From an uncultured Thermoplasmata archaeon (lineage in GTDB: Archaea; Thermoplasmatota; Thermoplasmata; Lutacidiplasmatales; UBA184), in the NCBI GenBank assembly GCA_963797975.1, contig CAWCRH010000006.1:10754-74753 (forward strand): a stretch of DNA of 64,000 bases, in the 5' to 3' direction. Position 1 is the first letter of the stretch. Every line of letters starts with the position of its first letter. Shown here piece after piece: positions 33,972 through 45,122 of this stretch. The position numbers and the translations under genes are program-made. The notes below the pieces were generated by a model that did no database searches, was not told the DNA's origin, and saw only the letters and a program-made list of their open reading frames with translations.

Positions 33972-36900
33972 CTACCGCATCTCTTCGAGCTGGAGCCGCA
34001 TGATCACGCCGAGGCTGATCAGCTCCTCCAAGAGAAGCTTGAACGAGTAGCTCATCTCGACCGGATAGATCGACGAGGTGTTGCCGCAGCTCGGGCAGCG
34101 GAGCGAGCCGGCCCGGGCGTCGGGGATCGCAATGTGGCCACACTCGGTGTTGCCGCAGACGTACTGGATCGTGCCGTCCGATTCGTCGAGAAGACGGTCC
34201 TTGATGACCATCGCTACGCCGTGGCCGATGAGACAGTCGCGCTCCATCTCTCCGAATCTTAAGCCACCCTGGCGCGAGCGCCCCTCCGTCGGTTGGCGGG
34301 TGAGGATCTGCACGGGACCGCGCGAGCGCATGTGCATCTTGCCCGCGACCATGTGGTGGAGCTTCTGGTAGTAGATCACGCCGACGAAGATCTCCGCCTC
34401 GTAGCGGCGTCCCGTGAGCCCGTCGTAGAGCGTCTCACGGCCGGACGGATGGAAGCCGAGGCCCTTGAGCGCCTCGCGGAGCGCCTCCTCGCGCTCGCCG
34501 CTGAACGCGGTACCGTCGATCGTCCGCCCCTCCATCGCCCCGACCTTGCCCCCGAGCATCTCGAGGACATGGGCGACCGTCATTCGGGACGGGATCGCGT
34601 GCGGGTTGATCAGAAGGTCGGGCGTCATGCCGTCGCGCGTGAACGGCAGGTTCTCGGTCGGGACGATGAGCCCGATTACGCCCTTCTGGCCGTGGCGGCT
34701 CGCGAACTTGTCCCCGAGCTCGGGCACGCGCTGGTTTCGGACCTTGACCTTGACGAGCTTGGAGATGTTCTCTCCCTCCGTCAGGATCACGTTGTCGACC
34801 CAGCCGGATTCCCCGAAGCGGACCGTGACGCTCGTCTCGCGCCGCTTTTGCGGGGTCAACAGATCGGTCTTCTCTTCGAGGAAACGCGGGGGGCTCGTCT
34901 TGCCGATGAGCACATCGCCCTCGGTGACCTCGAGCTCGGGGAAGATGAGCCCGTCCTCGGCGAGATTGCGGTAGGACGTGTCCACGCGGGCGCCCGCGAC
35001 GTCGGGTCGGGGGATCTCGAAACGGTCCTCCTGGCCGCCCGGGTACTTGCGCTCCTCACCGCGGTAGGTGCGGAAGAACGACGATCGTCCGAGACCGCGT
35101 TCGATCGCACCGCGGCTGAAGACGAGGGCATCCTGCATGTTGTAGCCCTCATAGGAGAGCACGGCCACCACGAAGTTCTGTCCGGCCGGACGCTCCGTGA
35201 AGTGCACGTAGCGCATCGTCTGAGTTCGAAGCAGCGGCGCCTGCGGGTAGTGGAGGAGGTGCCCGCGGGTATCGGGGCGCCGGCGATAGTTCACGGATTC
35301 GACGCCCAGCGCTTGCTTCGCCATCGCGGAACCCATCGTGTTGCGCGGGGCGGAGTTGTGCTCAGGGTACGGGATCAAGCCGGTGCAAACGCCGAGCATC
35401 AGGTTGGGGTCGATCTCGAGGTGCGACTGCTTGGGGGTCAGCCCGCTCGGGACCGGGAAGTCGGCCTGGCAATGGCCGCAGCGGACGCGCGCCTTACCGC
35501 CACCCTCTTCGTTGCTCAGCCACGTCACGTCGCTCCGCGACAGGGCGTGGTCGCACTTCGGACAGCGGTCGGGCGTCGTGAACCCTTCGATCGCGACCAG
35601 GGCGTCCTCCTCCTCTTCGGCATCCACCCACTCGACCGCACCGGCCCGGACGAGGTCGGTGAAGCTGCGGGTGCCGTTCGTGAGCTCGTCCAGGTCACCG
35701 CGCGTCACGCGCGGCACGCCGTTGTGGGCCACGATGAGGGGGCGGCGCAACCGCCCGGAGTCGCAGTGGACGATAACTTCGTTCATGATCTCGTCGTAGC
35801 GTACGTTGATCTCGTGCGCGCGCTCGTTGAGCGAGGGGGAGAGCGCGCCGGTACGGCGACGTTCGCGGAGCTCCCGCACGAGGTCGAGCGGGTTGGAGTG
35901 CAACCCGACCAGGTCTCCGTTCACGTAGATACGGGCCGCACGGCGGCCCTTGGGCGCCGAGCCTTCCAGGAAGACCTCCGGGCCGATCTCCCGGGTGTTG
36001 AGGTCGCGGAGGATGAGCTTGACCTCGTCCTCGTCCGCCCCTTCGCTGACGTCGACGCAGAGGGCGTAGTTCTTGACGAGACCGCAGTTCTGGCCTTCGG
36101 GGGTCTCGTTCGGGCAGAGGCGGCCCCATTGGGTCGGGTGGAGATCCCGTGCCTCGAAGTGCGGCTGGCTACGGGTGAGCGGGCTCGTCACGCGGCGCAG
36201 GTGGCTGATCGTCGACATGTGGCTGGTTCGATCGAGGACCTGGCTGACTCCCGACCGCCCGCCGACCCAGTTCCCCGTCGCGAGCGCGTGTACGAGCCGC
36301 TGCGTGAGAAGGTCCGGCCGGATCGCGCTCGCGATCCGAAGGTCCTTCTTGCGCGCGAACGAGCGTTCGAGCTGGTACTTGAGGTCCTTGAGGAGCAGGC
36401 TGAAGGCGACGCGGAAGAGGTCCTCCATGAGGTCGCCGGCGAGCTTCAGGCGCTTGTTGGCGTAGTGGTCCTTGTCGTCCTCGCCGCGCTGCTTGAGGTT
36501 GAGCTCGAGCACCGTACGGGCCATGCGCGCGAGGTAGAGGGCCTTCTTCAAGCGGTCGGCCTTCGCGTCGCCCAGGTGGGGAAGGAGCGATCGGTCGAGG
36601 ATCCCGTCGACCTTCCGCTGCCGGTATTCCTTCGCCTGGCCGGTCGCGAACTTCTTCTCGAGGAAGAGGAGGGCATCCTCGGTGGTCAGGATCCCCTCAG
36701 GCGGGTAGGTCTTCTTGGAGACCGACTCCTCCAGGTTGACGTTCAATAGGTGCTTCATCGTCTGGACGAACGGCTCCTCGAGCGGGAGCAGCTCCCCGAG
36801 CACCGCCTGGAAGATCTCCTCGTCGTTCTTCATTCCGAGCGCTTTCATCAGGACGACTAGGGGGATCTGGCCGCTCGCGGTCGGGACGCTGACCTGGAGG

Positions 36901-37646
36901 ATCCCCTCCTTCTTCCTCTCGACGACGGTGAGTGAGCGGTAGCCGCCGCGCTGGCTGAAGACCTTCGCGCTCTCGACCGGCGTTCCGTACCGTTCGCTGT
37001 ACTCCGCGAAGATCCGGTTCGGGGCGAGGTCCTCGAGGCTGATGATCACACGCTCGGTGCCCCCGATGATGAAGTACCCTCCCGGGTCGAGAGGGTCCTC
37101 CCCGTACTCGACCAGCTTCGCGCGGTACTCCTCGTCGGCGATCGGGAAACCGGAGTCCCGTTCGATGTTGACACGATTCAGGTTACATGGGCGGCTCTTC
37201 ACCATGATCGGCAGGTCACCGATGTGGACCGTCTCGGGGGCCCGTTCGACCCCGTTCTCGACCACGGTCACGTTGAGGTAGATCGGAGCCTGATAGGTGA
37301 GGTTCCGAAGCCGGGCTTCCATCGGGGTCAACGTCGGCTTGGAGCCGACGGGTTCTTTCACGAAGGGTTGCCCGACAAAGATCGTCGGTTCGGCGGTAGG
37401 GCTGACCCCGGTGCTGCGCGGGTCGCGTCGGCGGCCGACGCGCACGTAGATCGAGCTCTTCGTCTTCTGGACGTCGAGGCGCACGATCCCGCGCTCGGTC
37501 GAGTCCTCGCTGACCCTCGACTCGTCGACGATCCGTTGCATCCGGGAGTTCGGATTGTCGTTGGTCGGCAAGAAGTCGTTGAAGCTCGCGAGGTGGTGGT
37601 TGACGATGGACCGCTCTCGGAAGAAGGCGTCTACGATCTCACGCAT
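33972..37646 (-). CDS. rpoB: RNA polymerase subunit B (Rpo2), unsplit
   Basis: [33 protein letters not shown]. Confidence 0.98.
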   Translation of the reverse strand: MREIVDAFFRERSIVNHHLASFNDFLPTNDNPNSRMQRIVDESRVSEDSTERGIVRLDVQKTKSSIYVRVGRRRDPRSTGVSPTAEPTIFVGQPFVKEPVGSKPTLTPMEARLRNLTYQAPIYLNVTVVENGVERAPETVHIGDLPIMVKSRPCNLNRVNIERDSGFPIADEEYRAKLVEYGEDPLDPGGYFIIGGTERVIISLEDLAPNRIFAEYSERYGTPVESAKVFSQRGGYRSLTVVERKKEGILQVSVPTASGQIPLVVLMKALGMKNDEEIFQAVLGELLPLEEPFVQTMKHLLNVNLEESVSKKTYPPEGILTTEDALLFLEKKFATGQAKEYRQRKVDGILDRSLLPHLGDAKADRLKKALYLARMARTVLELNLKQRGEDDKDHYANKRLKLAGDLMEDLFRVAFSLLLKDLKYQLERSFARKKDLRIASAIRPDLLTQRLVHALATGNWVGGRSGVSQVLDRTSHMSTISHLRRVTSPLTRSQPHFEARDLHPTQWGRLCPNETPEGQNCGLVKNYALCVDVSEGADEDEVKLILRDLNTREIGPEVFLEGSAPKGRRAARIYVNGDLVGLHSNPLDLVRELRERRRTGALSPSLNERAHEINVRYDEIMNEVIVHCDSGRLRRPLIVAHNGVPRVTRGDLDELTNGTRSFTDLVRAGAVEWVDAEEEEDALVAIEGFTTPDRCPKCDHALSRSDVTWLSNEEGGGKARVRCGHCQADFPVPSGLTPKQSHLEIDPNLMLGVCTGLIPYPEHNSAPRNTMGSAMAKQALGVESVNYRRRPDTRGHLLHYPQAPLLRTQTMRYVHFTERPAGQNFVVAVLSYEGYNMQDALVFSRGAIERGLGRSSFFRTYRGEERKYPGGQEDRFEIPRPDVAGARVDTSYRNLAEDGLIFPELEVTEGDVLIGKTSPPRFLEEKTDLLTPQKRRETSVTVRFGESGWVDNVILTEGENISKLVKVKVRNQRVPELGDKFASRHGQKGVIGLIVPTENLPFTRDGMTPDLLINPHAIPSRMTVAHVLEMLGGKVGAMEGRTIDGTAFSGEREEALREALKGLGFHPSGRETLYDGLTGRRYEAEIFVGVIYYQKLHHMVAGKMHMRSRGPVQILTRQPTEGRSRQGGLRFGEMERDCLIGHGVAMVIKDRLLDESDGTIQYVCGNTECGHIAIPDARAGSLRCPSCGNTSSIYPVEMSYSFKLLLEELISLGVIMRLQLEEMR

Positions 37647-37653
37647 GGTACTA

Positions 37654-37992
37654 TCACTCCCCTGCGGACGAGGAAACGATCATGCGGTAGGCGAAGGCGA
37701 GGCCGGCGGTCTCGCTCGGCCGTCGGACGCGCACGAGACGACCGACCATGTTCTCGCCGGCCTCGCGCGCCTTGACGAACGCCGGGTCGGTCTTGAGACC
37801 GGGGTCCTGCACGTAGATCTTGGGGAGCCGCTCGGGAAGGGTGCGGAGGTTGGCGAGCATCGTCTTCGTGTCCGCCTCGCTCAGGACCTCGTGGCGGGGG
37901 ACCATGTGATGCGCGACGAACGGGCGATCGGAAACGACCTGGGCGTTCTTCTTCGAACGCTTGGACGTCCGCGAACGGGCGGCGGGGCTCAT
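37654..37992 (-). CDS. rpoH: RNA polymerase subunit H (Rpo5)
   Basis: [14 protein letters not shown]...DP, SETAG...YR. Confidence 0.93.
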   Translation of the reverse strand: MSPAARSRTSKRSKKNAQVVSDRPFVAHHMVPRHEVLSEADTKTMLANLRTLPERLPKIYVQDPGLKTDPAFVKAREAGENMVGRLVRVRRPSETAGLAFAYRMIVSSSAGE

Positions 37993-38013
37993 GGACGACC
38001 TCGATGGGGCGAA

Positions 38014-38156
38014 CGGGCCCGGGGGGATATCCGGCGAGATCCATCGCGCGCGGAAGGAACTCGCGTTCGAACCCCCGACCAGCTGGTTAAAAGCCAGATG
38101 CTCTTTCCCGGGCCGACGGGGCCCCCGCGCGGCCTACCGGACTGAGCTACGGGCCC
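38014..38156 (-). tRNA. tRNA-Lys(UUU) with two non-canonical introns (38135-38105 at 20/21; 38065-38028 at 59/60)
   Basis: Spliced sequence GGGCCCGTAGCTCAGTCCGGT/AGAGCATCTGGCTTTTAACCAGCTGGTCGGGGGTTCGAA/TCCCCCCGGGCCCG folds as a cloverleaf; both junctions form BHB-type motifs. Confidence 0.93.
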
Positions 38157-38215
38157 GCTTCCGCTCCCACGGCGTCGGACGAGGGGGACGTATTTCAGGC
38201 TATTCCCGAGCGATC

Positions 38216-38518
38216 TCACTTCAGGCTCTCCAGGTTGGACATGATCGACCAGATCGCCGTGCGGCCATGGGTCGGAAGGTTGGGGTCATTCGCGAGGTCG
38301 TCCAGAACATACACCGCGCTCGCGAGCCGAACGTCCATCGCGGTTCCGGGCTTGGCGAGCTCTTCCTTCGCCGCTTGGGCGCCGCGGCGGACGTTGCGGG
38401 GGACCGAGTTGTCGTCCGCGAGCTGGGTCAGCGCTTCGACGATACGCACGAACTCGGGGGATGGGCTCGCGTCGTGGGCGAGCGGTGGCACCGTGCGGGG
38501 AGCGGCCGGGGAGCTCAC
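38216..38518 (-). CDS. UPF0147 family protein
   Basis: DNSVPRNVRR, DPNLPTHGRTAIW. Confidence 0.9.
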   Translation of the reverse strand: MSSPAAPRTVPPLAHDASPSPEFVRIVEALTQLADDNSVPRNVRRGAQAAKEELAKPGTAMDVRLASAVYVLDDLANDPNLPTHGRTAIWSIMSNLESLK

Positions 38519-38853
38519 GGCCGTGGGACCTCCCCACTCTCTTTGTAGGCGGTCACCACGAGCAGGGTCTTCGTTTCGCGGATCCCGCGGACCGCCGGCA
38601 GCCGGTGCAGGACGAAATCCTTGAGCTCATCGTAGTGCGGAAATCGTACCTTGACGAAAATGTCGGTGTCGCCCGTGACGAGGAAAACGTCCTCGGCCTC
38701 GGTGAACTTGGAGACCTCGCTCGCCACCCCGTCGGCCTCCGCGGTCTCGACCTTGAGAGCGATGAGCGCCACGACATGCTCGTCACCCCAGACCTTAGTG
38801 AAGGCGCTCTCGACCGCGCGGCTTACCGGCGGCTTCTGCGATGTACGCTCCAT
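38515..38853 (-). CDS. Lrp/AsnC ligand-binding (RAM) domain protein without HTH
   Basis: VFLVTGDTDI, IRETKTLLV; start estimated. Confidence 0.85.
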   Translation of the reverse strand: MERTSQKPPVSRAVESAFTKVWGDEHVVALIALKVETAEADGVASEVSKFTEAEDVFLVTGDTDIFVKVRFPHYDELKDFVLHRLPAVRGIRETKTLLVVTAYKESGEVPRP

Positions 38854-38936
38854 CGTGTTCTTCTCCGTTTGTCCTCGTTGGCCCACGCGACGCTTCGCTT
38901 CTCTCACTTCGCGGATGCCTCGATCGTTGCCCGTCC

Positions 38937-39110
38937 CTACGTCTCGGGAGCGGACTCGAACTCCTCTTGGAGGTCGTTGATCACTTGATCGATCACCGCG
39001 CCGGACGATGCGGCGTGATATTCGCGCACGCCTCCCGCCTCGCTCGAGACCCGGGCCACGAGCTCTGGCCCACCGCGAAGGAATTCTACGTTGCAAATAA
39101 GCTCCTCCAT
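38937..39110 (-). CDS. Small acidic hypothetical protein
   Basis: MEELICNVEF...DLQEEFE; TATA-like ATATAG upstream; heads a co-oriented cluster. Confidence 0.6.
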   Translation of the reverse strand: MEELICNVEFLRGGPELVARVSSEAGGVREYHAASSGAVIDQVINDLQEEFESAPET

Positions 39111-39208
39111 CGATGGCCGGGCCCCCCCGAGCCGCGCGGGTCGCACAAAGGCCCCCTATATATGCTTTGAGTACCGCCGGAATCTCGGTGGGCGGAGGAC
39201 CCCACTAG

Positions 39209-40672
39209 GAGCGTGTAGCCCTATTCCCCTTATCTCCTGACGACCGGTCGAAGCGAGGTACTATAGCCGGCCTCGTCTATGAACCGGCATGCCGACCGAG
39301 AGTCGCCCGACGTTCCGAAAGTACGACCCGAAACAGACGCTCCTCCTTCCGCCGAATCTCGACGAGTGGCTCCCGAAGGATCACCTCGCCCGTATCGTGG
39401 CTCAGGTGGTCGATGACCACCTCGATTTGAAACCGTTCCTCGCGAACTATCACAATCAGTCCGCCGGGTTCCCGGCCTTCGACCCTCGCCTGCAGCTCAA
39501 GATCCTTCTCTACGGCTACTGTGTGGGCGTGGCGAGCTCACGCCGCATGGAGAAGGCCACCTACGAGGACCTCGCCACCCGTTGGCTCGCCGCGGATCAA
39601 CATCCGCACTTCACCACCCTCGCACGCTTCCGCCGACAGAATCTCCCCATCATGGACCAGCTGTTCCACCAAGTGCTCGAGCTTTGCCGAGAGGCCGGCC
39701 TGGTCAAGCTCGGTCGGGTGGCGCTGGACGGGACCAAGATCAAAGCCAGCGCCTCCAAGCACAAGTCGAAGAGCTATCGGAAGATTCGAGAGGAAGAGAC
39801 CGATCTCCGTCGAGTGGCCCATGATCTTCTCCGAGAGGCCGAGCGCGTCGATACGGAGGAGGACGAACTCTACGGGCCCGAGAAGAACCCGCTGCTCCAC
39901 CCCCTTCCGTCGGACTGGAAGGAGCGGTTGAAGAGGCTCAAGCAGGCCCGCCAAGTGATCGAGGAGCGGGAGCGGAAGAAGGGCAAGGTCGAGCCGGAGG
40001 CGAAGGTCCAGTACAACTTCACCGACCCGGACTCGCGCATTCTGCAGGAGAGCGGGAACAAGGGGGGCTACATTCAGGGCTACAATGCCCAGGCGGCGGT
40101 CGACACGAAGAGCCAGGTGATCGTGATGGCGGAGGTGACGCAGGAGAACCCGGACAACCAGCACCTCATCCCGATGGTGGAAGCGATCGAGCGGGAGCTC
40201 GGTGAGCTTCCGCCGAAGGTCCTCGTTGACGCGGGATACTTCAGTGAGGCGCAGATTCGAGTGGTCGAGGCGAAGGGAGTGGAGGTCTACTGTCCCCGGA
40301 GCCGTGGAGGATGGCGGAGAGTGCACCGTGTCCTCGAGGGCGTCCCCCTCTCAACGAACGGTTCACCCAGTTCATGCGACGGAGGGTACGTCGTGTGCGA
40401 GGGCGAAGGGAGTATCGGTGGCGGAAGGTCAGCATCGAGCCGACGTTTGGCCAGATCAAGCAGGGAAGAGGACTACGGCAGTTCCTCCTCCGAGGGCGCG
40501 AGAAGGTCGGGGCGGAGTGGAAACTCTGGTGCCTGACCCACAATCTGCGTAAACTCCACACCGCGGGCTGGAGTTGAGGGGCGAGAGCGGCAAACGGGGA
40601 AGGAAAGGAACCCCCCTCCGCGAGGGACGAGCTCCGCTGGCCACGCTGTAAATCGAATAGTCCTACGGGCTC
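39209..40672 (+). mobile_element. IS1182-family insertion sequence with imperfect 18-bp TIRs and CTAG target duplication
   Basis: IRL GAGCGTGTAGCCCTATTC (39209-39226) vs IRR reverse complement GAGCCCGTAGGACTATTC (40655-40672), 14/18 identical; CTAG at 39205-39208 and 40673-40676. Confidence 0.88.
39289..40577 (+). CDS. IS1182-family DDE transposase (frameshift near 40295)
   Basis: LLPPNLDEWLP, DGTKIKA, TDPDSR, GYNAQ, DAGY; IEPTFGQIK...RG...HNLRK in the second frame. Confidence 0.9.
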
Positions 40673-43600
40673 CTAGCCGAGTGGCCCGCCACAGTCCTTG
40701 CAGAAGTGACTGGTGGCTTGAGCCGGGCAGCCGCACCGAGGGCACGAACGGACGGGGGCATAGCCCGGGGCGGTGTACCCAGCGGCCGTTCCCATCGGTG
40801 TAGTAGGACCTGGAGGTGGAGCGGGCGGAGGCGGCCCTCCTGGACTCGGCGGAGCAGCGCCTGCCGTTGGCGGGGGCAACCACGCGTACGACGAGGTGGG
40901 CGGCGCGTCGGGCGGGGGCGAGACCGGGCCAGCGGCGGGGACACGGCGGGATCGGATGGACGCGACCGCGGCGACCGCAACGCAAACGACGATGATCGTC
41001 GCTAGGGTGATGATGAGCGTGTTTCCGGTGAGGCCGAAGAGCGAGAAGGGGGGCAAGACCGAGGAGTTACCTCCGCTGCCGCTCGAGCTAAAAGAGATGG
41101 ATCGACTGGCGTCGGCGCCGTTGATGTCTACCGACCCGCTGGATGGGCTCGCGGTGTACCCCGAGACGGATTCCAGCGAGAACGAGTAAGGCCCGTTACT
41201 GAGACCGTGGAACGAGATCGTCGTGCCGCTGCTGCTATTCGACCCCACATTACTGACCGTCACGCTCCATTGCGTGTTCCCCGGTAGTCCGCTCTCCGTG
41301 AACGTGAGCGTGAAGGTGGATACTTGGGTGAACGTCACGTTCTGGGAGGCGGGAGCTCCGCTGACCGTGAGGCTCGCGGAGGACGGGTTGGCGGTATAGC
41401 CGGAGGCCGCCACCGTGTAGGCATACTGCCCGTTGGGTTCCATGAACGTGATGGAAGTTGCATTCGAGCTCTGGGGCACGCCCTCTAGCGTGACGGTCCA
41501 ACGGACCGAACTCCCGAGCCCCGTTTCTGAGAACACGACCGGGTACGTTGCTGCGATCGTAAAGGCGATTGACTGGTTGACCGCCGCTCCGCTGACCGTG
41601 ATGGGTCCCGACGACGGGGTCGCCGAGTAGCCCGAAGCATTGGTCGCGAACGTGTAGGCGCCGTTCTCGGCGGAGAAACTCACCGTTTGGGGACCGCAGT
41701 AGCCCGAGGACGTTCCCGCCGTGCACGTCTCCGTCGCGCTGTTGAAGGTGACCGACCAGTTCGTTCCGTTCACCAGTCCGCTCTCCGAGAAGGTCACGGG
41801 ATACGCCATAGTCCGGTTGGCCGGGTTCCCGGCGTTCGCGACCGTGTAGCTCACGACCCCTTGGTCGTTGCCGCCGCTCGCCGCGCTGACGGCCCAGTCC
41901 GACCCAGACCCGCTCCAGACGAGATTAAGCGCGATCTCACCGGTCTGGTCTACCGCTGAACCGTACGGGGCCGCGTTCGGAGTGGGCAGGAACTGGCTTT
42001 GCCCGGACATCTCTACTTCGCTGGTGAGCGTGCCGGGCGGTCCCGCTCTGGAAATCCCCCTGCCCGGCCGAGGGCCCACCGACGAGCCCGAGCTGCGGCG
42101 CGAGCCCTCCGGGAAGAGGGGTGTCCGGGAAGGGCCCGTTCGAGTATTGGGACCCCTGCCAGTAGTACTCGTAGTTGTAGCCGCCAATGATGAACGCTGC
42201 GCCGGGGACCGGAAGTTGCAGGGTGTTGGTGTTGATCTGGAAATTCATCACAGGGTTCGGACCGTTGTCGGTGAGCCAGCTGCGCATCGTCCAGTTGATC
42301 GGGGTCGTTATGGTCGAGCCGTTCACCGGGACGTTGTACTCGTAGACGGACTGGGACAGGTATAGGCCGTAGAAGGGGAAGACGACCCAGCCGGTGTAGT
42401 TGACCGACCAGCCAAATGGACTCCTCGCGATGTAGATCACATTCTGGATCCAGTAGATCGGCGCGCCGAGGCTGTTTGCCAGGAAGAAGTTCTGCTGAAC
42501 CGACGCGTTGTACGCGACCCCGGCCGAGGTCACGTTGAGTCCGGTCAACGAAAGGACGTTCTCGACCCCATTTAGTGAGAAATCCTGACCGCTGTAGTTG
42601 TAGTTGAGGACATAGGTCGTGAAGTTGTAGGCGTCCAGCGATCCCCAGCCCGTGACCAGGTCGTACCCCCGCAGAGCGGAGAACGCGAAGTTCATCCCGA
42701 CGGTCACATCGTTCAGCGGAAGGCTCGGGAGCGTGCTATTCCAAGCACCCGTGGGGGTAAATCCGGTCGAGTTCGTATCCGCGAACGGGGTGACCATCGC
42801 GTCCGCCCACTGGTAGATCGTCGGGTCGACGAACCCCAACGACGGCTTCGTGTAGTGGGCCAGGACGGCGTCGATCTCGGCGAACAGGCCCGCGGTCACC
42901 GGGGAAGCGATGGACGTTCCCCACGCCCAGTACCACTTGGGACGTGCCCCCGTCCACCGTGAGGTAGATGATCGTGTTGTTCGCGATCGCGGCGACGTCA
43001 GGGTACGCCGCGGTTCGACCCTAGTCCTGCGGAGAGGATTACGCCATTTGCCTCCGAGCTCACCTGCCAGGAGGGCTCGCCGTAGAACGGACTCACGCCT
43101 CCGGAGCTCCCAACCTGGTCGGTGCCGGAGTCGTAGTGGGGGTTGTACCAGGCGACCTCGCTCTGGATATGGAGGTACTGGGCGGCCGGGAAGGTCTGCG
43201 TGGTTAGCGTGAGGGTGGTTCCGCCGACGGCCGTTACCCCGTAGGCATCGAACCCCACCGTGGAGGGAAACTCCGTGTCCCCACCGGACCAGCGAGAAGA
43301 GAACTGAGAGTCACCCGCATCCCCCGTGGAGGCGAGGACCGTGATGCCTCGGGCCGCGGCATCCTGCATGTACGACGTCCATGCCGCGTCGGTATGGTCC
43401 TGCTCGCCCCAGGAGTTCGTGATCACGTTGACGCCGGGAAGGTTGCTGAGGATGTATCCCATCGCCGCATCGGTTTCCGAGTCCAGCGAGCTCAGGCCGT
43501 AGACGTTGTAGATGGTGCTCCCTGGCGCGACGCTTCCGACCATGTCGACGTCCAGCGTGTTCTCGAAGACGGCGCCCGACACGTCAAAACCTGCCTGGAT

Positions 43601-44596
43601 CCCGGGGGCGGGAGCACCGTCGAACGGTACCCCGATCACCGTGGAGTGCGGCTGGCCCGCCGGAATCGTGTCATTGTAGTAGCTGTAGACGTCGTTCGGG
43701 TCGTAGCTTCCGGTGAGGTCCGCCGAGGGGCACGTCCCGGACGTCGAGATCGTGCAGCCGGCCCAGAGGATCGTCGCAACCTGTTCCCCGGTCGGGAACG
43801 TCACGTTGAGCAACGCTTGCTCGTCGTAGGCAACCTGCAGGTCGGACCCGTACAGGCATTGGGTCCCGCCACAGTTCTCCGGGGCGGGATATCCGCCGGA
43901 CCGCGCTGCGGCGGGACTCAGATCGGGCAGAGGGGTCACGTCGGCGAGCGTCGTTTGCGCGTCCAGGTAGCTCGACAACCCCTCGAGCTGCACGACCGAC
44001 GAGGCGATCGGCGCGGGCAACGTCGGAGCGCCCACGGGAGCGTAGTACGCCCCGCGGCCCTCGCTCGTGTACGACGCCAAGGAGACCCCGAACGCTTGGT
44101 CGACCGAATGGGCCGGTCCCTGAACCAGCATGCCGATCCGATCCGCGTAGGAGATGACGGTGAGTCCGTCGACCGCACCGAAGTAGCTCTTTGCGCCGGC
44201 GTAGGGCGCCGGCGCGGGGGCGAATCGGGAAATGAATTGGCTCTCCGTCAGATAGTGATGGTACTGCGGGCTTTGTGGATTGGCCAGAGCCGAGAGCAGC
44301 GTGTTGAGCTGGCTCGAGTTCGTGAGAGCGAACGTGACGAACACCGAGGCGTCCCCCGAGTAGGAACCGGTCATGGCGGCACCCGCCGGGGCGCCGGATA
44401 GGGAGGGCACCGGAGCTCGGGGAGCGGCCTCGATGGCGGCCAACGCCATGGATGAACCGAATGGGGGCCCGGTCGAGGCCAAGGATGCTCGAGGGGCGAT
44501 ACCGGCAAGGCTCGGCCCGAGGATCGTGGCCAGGGAGACCATGATGACAGCGGCCGCGAGCAGGAGGGGGAAACCGGCGGGTCGGTAAGGTGGCAC
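40673..44596 (-). CDS. Membrane-anchored S53 (sedolisin) protease with thermopsin-like domain, surface repeats and cytoplasmic zinc ribbon (frameshifts about 43003, 42945, 42036)
   Basis: Prodomain YHHYLT...F, ENTLD, NSWG, ASTGDAG, AVGGT, RGVPDVAA, WGTSIASP, GYDLVTGWGS; YWIQNV; three FxExGL..W.VT repeats; TM; CPRC..CKDC. Confidence 0.85.
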
Positions 44597-44849
44597 GAAA
44601 TTTCTCCTGCCGCCGTCCCTGTCAGCCAGGACCAAAGAAAGCGCGCTTGGGATAATCCTTCTGGGATGGAGGCAGCCCGAAGAGGACCCCGCACCGTTCG
44701 ATGGGGTGAAGGAACGGAGAAAGCCCTCTCGTGCTCTTTCCAGGAGAAGGACGGACCGTCGCGTGGTCGACGAGCGAGACGAAGTGGGAAAACCGCGGGC
44801 GAACGTCGGCACAGCCGTTATGAACGGCACGCGGCTCGGCCGGTCGTCG

Positions 44850-45119
44850 ATGGCAACCGGACCGAATGCGGAAGCGGTCGTGGAAGTGCGCGTCGAGCTC
44901 AAGCCGGGAATCCTGGACGCTGAAGCCGAGAACGTCGAGAAGGCCCTCGGACTATTGCGAATCGCACCGGTTCCCCGGGTCGTGACCGCCCGAATCTACG
45001 AACTTCACTTTCGAGGTATCTCTCTGGACGAGGCCGAGGCCCGAGCCCGGGAAGCGGTCGACCGCCTGCTGGCGAACCCGGTCGTCCACCAGGTCACGAT
45101 CCGACGGCGTACCCCCTGA
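44850..45119 (+). CDS. purS: FGAM synthase subunit PurS
   Basis: LKPGILDAE, LLANPV. Confidence 0.92.
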   Translation: MATGPNAEAVVEVRVELKPGILDAEAENVEKALGLLRIAPVPRVVTARIYELHFRGISLDEAEARAREAVDRLLANPVVHQVTIRRRTP

Positions 45120-45122
45120 TCC

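Noticed and set aside
34293..36749. Long antisense ORFs (e.g. 818 aa opposite rpoB, 632 aa opposite alaS)
   Set aside because: Shadow ORFs from GC3 bias; no recognisable motifs
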